From: an uncultured Chthonomonadaceae bacterium
GTDB lineage: Bacteria; Armatimonadota; Chthonomonadetes; Chthonomonadales; Chthonomonadaceae
DNA length: 64,000 nt
Assembly (NCBI GenBank): GCA_963835065.1
Contig: CAWIEK010000053.1
Location: forward strand, 288,001-352,000
Direction of reading: 5' to 3'
This document shows positions 59,230 through 64,000 of this stretch, one piece after another. Positions within the stretch are counted from its first letter, which is position 1; the number at the start of each line of letters is the position of its first letter. Below the pieces are notes generated by a model. The model made no database searches, was not told where the DNA came from, and was given only the letters and a program-made list of their open reading frames with translations. The position numbers and the translations under genes are program-made.

Positions 59230-61848
59230 CTAATGATTAAACAGAAATTCCTTCGTGTTAAGCATAACCCACATCAAATCTTCGTAGCCTTCTTTGGGCG
59301 AGGGCGCTTTGGCGATGTAATCGGCGGCTTCTTTGCGCTCCTTGTCGGTGGGGAAGCGGGCGAGGCTTGACAGATACATCTCGTCCAGAATGGCCTTGTC
59401 GCTGCGGTCTCCCAGGCGGGCGATCAGTTTGGCGATGCGCCCGTTCGGGTCGGCGATTTTGTTGTTGAGCGTCGGGCCATTCATCATGGCAAGCGCCTGC
59501 GACATAGACGTTTCCTGGCTGCGCTCGTACACTTGCAGCCGGCTGCTGCGCCCAAACACGTCCAGAAAGCCGCTTGGCACGCGGTTGTCGGCCAGATTAA
59601 TGGCGCGCGTTTTGTAGGGCAGGCCGGGGAACGGCTCGTAAATGTCGGTGGCGATGCAGATGGAATCGAGCAGTTGTTCCGGGCCGAGCCGCTTGAGCGG
59701 GTAGTGGCTGAAGTTCTTGCCGTCTTCCGCGTTGGTGCTGTTGGGCGTGGAACTCAACTGGTACACGCGGGAATTGCAGATCACGCGCGTCAAATGCTTC
59801 ATATCATAGCCGTGCTTGACGAAATCTTCGGCCAGATTGTCCAGCAGGGGTATGTTGATGGGCGGGTTGGTGGCGCGGAAATCGTCGGCGGGGTGGACAA
59901 TGCCGCGTCCGAAGAACTGCTTCCAGATGCGGTTGACGGTCGCTTTGGCAAAAAACGGATTGTCTTTGGCCGTAATCCATTCCGCGAGTTTCACGCGCAG
60001 GTCGCCTTTGGCGTTGGCAATCGGCTGCTCTTCCGTAATGAACTTGGGCGCCATGACCTGCTGCGTCCGCAGTTGCCGCACTTCGCCGTTGTCATCGCAG
60101 TAGACCATCGCCTCGTCTTTTTGCTGGCCGTCATTGACATGTGTTTTGGCGAAGAACGCGGCCATGCCATAATAATCGTCCTGACTCCAGCGGTCGAACG
60201 GGTGGTTGTGGCATCGGCAGCACTCCAGGCGAACGCCCAGAAACATCTGGCTGGTGCTTGTCGTCAGGTCGGCGGGATCATCGGTCACTTTGTAATAGTT
60301 GGCGGTTGCGGTTTCGTTGTGGTAGTTGCTGCCGCTTCCCGTAAGCAGTTCGCGCACAAACTGGTCGAACGGCTTATTTTCCGCGAAGCTGTTGCGGATA
60401 TAGGCGGTATAAGCGCGGACGCCGTCTTCCTTGAGCAGCGTGCTGGTGTTGCGCAGCAGGTCGCTCCAGATGATCGTTTGGTAGTCCTTGTATTCGGGAC
60501 GTTCCAGCAGTTCATCAATCAGTTTGGCGCGCTTATCGCTTTCCTTACTTTCGATGAACTCGCGCACGGCTCCCGGCATGGGCGGCGTGCCAATGATGTC
60601 GAAGTACACGCGGCGGATAAACGTGGCATCGTCGCACAACTCGGACGGGATCATGTTCAGCGTTTTCACTTTGGCGAACACGGCCTCGTCAACGAAGTTG
60701 TTGGTAGGAATTTTGGGATAATTGGCAAGCGGAGCCTGCGGCTGCACCACAACGGTTGACAGTCCCACTTTACCCGCGAACCGGATCATCAGGTTGGCTT
60801 CGCCCCGGCGCAGCGCGACCAGTTTGCCCACGCTGTTGACCTGGGCAATGCCGTCGTCGTCGCAGGCAAAGCGGGCAAAGGGCGTCACGTCGCGTTCGCT
60901 GCCGTCGCTGTATTTCGCCAAAACGATAATCTGGTGCTTGGAATTGGCCTGTTTAATCAGGCGGCTGCCGGGGATCACGTCCAGACCGGTGATTTTGGGA
61001 ACGGCAACGGCTTTCGCGGCATCGCCGCCGAACGCGGCCAGTTTCACGCCGGATTTTCGCGCGGCTTCAGCCTGCTGCACGGCTTTGGGCTTGAACGGCG
61101 CTCCCGCCCGCAGCCATGCGGCAAACACGCGGGCTTCCGGGCCGTTGGGATCGAACCGCTTGCCGCCGCCGTGTCCCGCGAGGTTCGTGGGCTTGCGGAA
61201 AAACAGGCTTTGCATCGGGTTTTTAGCGTCCACGCGCCTGCCGTTCGCGCCCTTGACGATGGTTTCCCAATCCTTTTGCGCCTCGTAGCCGAAGAAACTG
61301 AATTTCAAGCCACCCTGCCCCTGCGGTGCGCCGTGACACGCGCTGCCCGTGCAGCCGTTCTTGACCAAAATCGGCGTAATGGCGGTTTCAAAGCCCAGGT
61401 TGGCATCGGTTTTGCTGTTCTTGACGACCAGTTTGGCTTTGGCCGTGCGCCCGCCCGCATTGACCGTCACTTCAGCCGCGCCGTCACCCACCGGATAGGC
61501 AACGCCGTCCTTATCCACGCGAACCACACCGGAATTGGACGAACTGAATGTCGCGCCCTCCGTCAAATCGCGCTGGCTGCCATCCGTCGCCTGCCCCACT
61601 GCCGCGAGAGTTTGAAAGGCATAGGAGCCATCCAGCGTCGCCTGCGCGGGTTCCAAAACGACATTCTTAATAGGGGCGACAGACGCGGAAGCAGCAGGAG
61701 CGGCGTTCGATTTATGCGCCACAGGACCGGCAAGGCTGCCGGCTGCCACAAGGGCAAGCGCCGCCAATGTCAGCACGGGAGCGATGCGCGGACGCGCCAA
61801 AAGACGCGCGCGCTCCGCAGGGACGGAAGAGGATTTCAGAACCGCCAT
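59230..61848 (-). CDS. DUF1549/DUF1553 protein with Ig-like domains
   Basis: FIRRVYFDIIG, CCRCHNHPFDRW, VNRIW..FFGRG, EQLLD, EFLFNH end. Confidence 0.92.
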   Translation of the reverse strand: MAVLKSSSVPAERARLLARPRIAPVLTLAALALVAAGSLAGPVAHKSNAAPAASASVAPIKNVVLEPAQATLDGSYAFQTLAAVGQATDGSQRDLTEGATFSSSNSGVVRVDKDGVAYPVGDGAAEVTVNAGGRTAKAKLVVKNSKTDANLGFETAITPILVKNGCTGSACHGAPQGQGGLKFSFFGYEAQKDWETIVKGANGRRVDAKNPMQSLFFRKPTNLAGHGGGKRFDPNGPEARVFAAWLRAGAPFKPKAVQQAEAARKSGVKLAAFGGDAAKAVAVPKITGLDVIPGSRLIKQANSKHQIIVLAKYSDGSERDVTPFARFACDDDGIAQVNSVGKLVALRRGEANLMIRFAGKVGLSTVVVQPQAPLANYPKIPTNNFVDEAVFAKVKTLNMIPSELCDDATFIRRVYFDIIGTPPMPGAVREFIESKESDKRAKLIDELLERPEYKDYQTIIWSDLLRNTSTLLKEDGVRAYTAYIRNSFAENKPFDQFVRELLTGSGSNYHNETATANYYKVTDDPADLTTSTSQMFLGVRLECCRCHNHPFDRWSQDDYYGMAAFFAKTHVNDGQQKDEAMVYCDDNGEVRQLRTQQVMAPKFITEEQPIANAKGDLRVKLAEWITAKDNPFFAKATVNRIWKQFFGRGIVHPADDFRATNPPINIPLLDNLAEDFVKHGYDMKHLTRVICNSRVYQLSSTPNSTNAEDGKNFSHYPLKRLGPEQLLDSICIATDIYEPFPGLPYKTRAINLADNRVPSGFLDVFGRSSRLQVYERSQETSMSQALAMMNGPTLNNKIADPNGRIAKLIARLGDRSDKAILDEMYLSSLARFPTDKERKEAADYIAKAPSPKEGYEDLMWVMLNTKEFLFNH

Positions 61849-62184
61849 GAACACTGCCTCCTGGGGCGAAAAACAAGACAAGGGATGAATCATTATAGGC
61901 CGATTCGCGGCACAATGCAAGCGATACGCCTCAAAAACTCGTAATTGTCGCAACAATTTTCAAAAGATTTGTTGTCAACCTATATATGGTGGCATTTAGT
62001 ACCTCTGGCTCTTTCCTTTTAGACGCGATGAATAGAAACAATAGTTTGCCTGTCTTGCGATTTTATCTCTAATTGGGAAGGGCTATTTTGCGCGACAAGC
62101 CGCGCGAAACTTTGCGCGGCTTGATTTCGTCATTGAAAAGCGATAGTACGGATGCACATTTTGTTGGGACAAGGACAACTGTAG

Positions 62185-62564
62185 ATGATACGAAACTTGA
62201 TAACTCGCTGGATTGCAAGCGCGCTGGCATTGTTCATTATCACGCAGATACCGCACATCGGCGTGTCGCTGACGAAACACGACGCCGGCGCATGGACGAC
62301 ATTGGCGATTGCAACCATCGCTATCGGGTTGGCGAACGCGCTGATACGCCCGATTGTAATGTTTTTCGGCGCCCCCATCAACTGCCTGACATTCGGGCTG
62401 TTCGGGCTGCTGGTAAACGCCGGATTGTTCTATCTGGTCGGCAACTTCGTGCCCGGCTTTAAGGTGGAGGGCTTTATACCCGCCTTATCGGCTCCGTTGC
62501 AATGGGCATCATCAGCGGCCTGCTCAGTTTTCTGCTCAAAGATCGCGGCGACAGGGACAAGTAG
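62185..62564 (+). CDS. 4-TM 'phage holin family' (DUF360/YvlD-like) membrane protein; frameshifted near 62486
   Basis: NALIRP...PINCLTFGLF..LVNA; adding one base gives ALIGSVAMGIISGLLSFLL, ending at TAG 62562-62564. Confidence 0.8.
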
Positions 62565-62587
62565 AAGTACGCCAAATCAAATTGTCA

Positions 62588-62621
62588 AATCGCCCGACGC
62601 GTGTACATGCGTCGGGCGATT
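62588..62621. terminator. Hairpin between convergent genes
   Basis: AATCGCCCGACGC...GCGTCGGGCGATT. Confidence 0.7.
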
Positions 62622-62658
62622 GGCATTGAAAATAGGCTGCATCTAAAAATAGCCTGCA

Positions 62659-63909
62659 TCATTCCGAATTGGCTTCTGCGCGGTGTTTTCTGCGTTCGAT
62701 GGAATCCAGCAAATCCTGCATGTTATCCAATGTTCGCGCGGCTCGACGCACACTGTCCTGCGTCCTGGGGCGCGGCGGCTCTTCACGAGACGGTTGGGTT
62801 ACTTCAAAGGATTCTGGCGGGTCAGTGCGCCGGCGTCGGCGCGAGCGACGTTCTGGATTGTGTTGGGCGGACTCATCCCGACCGAACTCATCCCGAAAAG
62901 GCCGCTGTACGCCGTCCTCGCCGACATGGTAAGCAGGCGTGTCTGGAGAGGAAAATGATTGTGGGTTGCCTGCTGTCGCGTTCGGGTCGGAAGGCATGGT
63001 GTCATTTGCGCGAGAAGCCGACGTACTCGCGGCCACGCGAACGGGAATATGCGTTTGCGCGGCTTGTTTGCTGTTATCGGATACGTTCGCTTGCCGATGA
63101 AGTGAAGCATAGGCGCGGGGCGCTTTGAAACCACGCGCCGCGCCAACGGCGACCGGAACATGTTCGGCTTGTCGCGCAGGGCGGCTCTCATTTGCCGTCA
63201 TGCCGGAATGTGCTGTTGTGCGGAATGTGACTGACCCGGTATGGAAACGCGCTCCTGCAGACGCTGTTATTGAACCGGAAGATGGGCCGCGTTGGTGATG
63301 CAGTAAGGCTGGCGCTACGGTTTGCGGTTCCAGCGTGGGCGCATTGCCGCCGAGCGACATTGTTGGCGGCAACGCCTTCAAAGGACGCGATGATAGGGCT
63401 GTTGAACGACGCGCCGCCGACAGGGACGTTGCAGAGTGTGCTTGTGGCAGGAGAGCCAGGGGCGCTGCCAGCAGGGGCAGAGGGTGAGCATCGGCTATGG
63501 AATCAGACAGCGAAGCCGATTGGCGCTTCTGCCAGACGCCCACGCACAACGCCGCCACCGCAACACTCAGAAGCGCCATGCCACCCGCTTTCTTGAGCAT
63601 GGAATGGCTTGGGCGCGCTGTTTCTGCATAGTGTCGGCGAAGCAAAGGCGCGTTTAGCCGCGCTGTCCGCTCGTAAGGAACGTCTTCCGCATCTGCCGCA
63701 GGAGACATGGGCGCAAATGCCTCATGCGGCAAAACATTCTGCATCATCGCAGGGCGTGTTCGTTCTGACGCCTTTGCAACTACCCTATCCGCAATGACAT
63801 CCAGGCCCGACCCTGTGAATTCCGGCAAGCGGATAGGCTCGCGTTCTGACGAAAGAGCGCGCGCGGTGTTGATGGACGGCTCGGCCTTTGGAATAGCTTC
63901 AAAACTCAT
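62659..63909 (-). CDS. Hypothetical low-complexity single-TM protein
   Basis: 416-aa ORF with one TM helix and Ala/Ser/Pro/Arg-rich remainder. Confidence 0.55.
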   Translation of the reverse strand: MSFEAIPKAEPSINTARALSSEREPIRLPEFTGSGLDVIADRVVAKASERTRPAMMQNVLPHEAFAPMSPAADAEDVPYERTARLNAPLLRRHYAETARPSHSMLKKAGGMALLSVAVAALCVGVWQKRQSASLSDSIADAHPLPLLAAPLALLPQAHSATSLSAARRSTALSSRPLKALPPTMSLGGNAPTLEPQTVAPALLHHQRGPSSGSITASAGARFHTGSVTFRTTAHSGMTANESRPARQAEHVPVAVGAARGFKAPRAYASLHRQANVSDNSKQAAQTHIPVRVAASTSASRANDTMPSDPNATAGNPQSFSSPDTPAYHVGEDGVQRPFRDEFGRDESAQHNPERRSRRRRRTDPPESFEVTQPSREEPPRPRTQDSVRRAARTLDNMQDLLDSIERRKHRAEANSE

Positions 63910-64000
63910 CGCGCGCGCAGAATGTTGCCCCGGTTCTGCCTGTGGGCGCGCGTCTTGTGACGCTGTTGTTTCCTTGCCTGTCTTTGCCTGGCTTACTTGT

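Noticed and set aside
62185..62564. Prophage suggested by the 'holin' family gene
   Set aside because: This family is a common chromosomal membrane protein, and no phage genes are nearby.

Overview
A GC-rich bacterial chromosomal window. The gene content (PEP-CTERM proteins, a DUF1501/DUF1553 pair, Mla/MCE genes, futalosine-pathway mqnC, a cyclase-STAND-TPR protein) suggests Armatimonadota; this is inference, not a database result. Housekeeping genes include polA, a split his operon (hisD, hisB, hisH, hisA), mqnC, purD, dnaB with two inteins, rplI, mlaEFD, moeA, tRNA-Cys(GCA) and tRNA-Gly(CCC). Toxin-antitoxin-like pairs and a free-standing PD-(D/E)XK endonuclease are interspersed among them. 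Best candidate for an undescribed system: a secreted subtilisin (S8) with a C-terminal tail of four NFGWGxN repeats, divergently paired with a multi-TM HD-GYP/GAF/GGDEF receptor through back-to-back sigma28-like promoters. This could be a self-processing peptide-signal/c-di-GMP module. Also notable: an RNase II catalytic domain fused to two dsRNA-binding-like domains; many hairpin elements built from inverted 7-10-mer tandem repeats at operon junctions (some nested, some in frame inside proteins); a REPIN-like element; and sigma54 promoters before both PEP-CTERM genes. Seven genes are frameshifted (including purD and moeA), most simply explained by sequencing or assembly indels.
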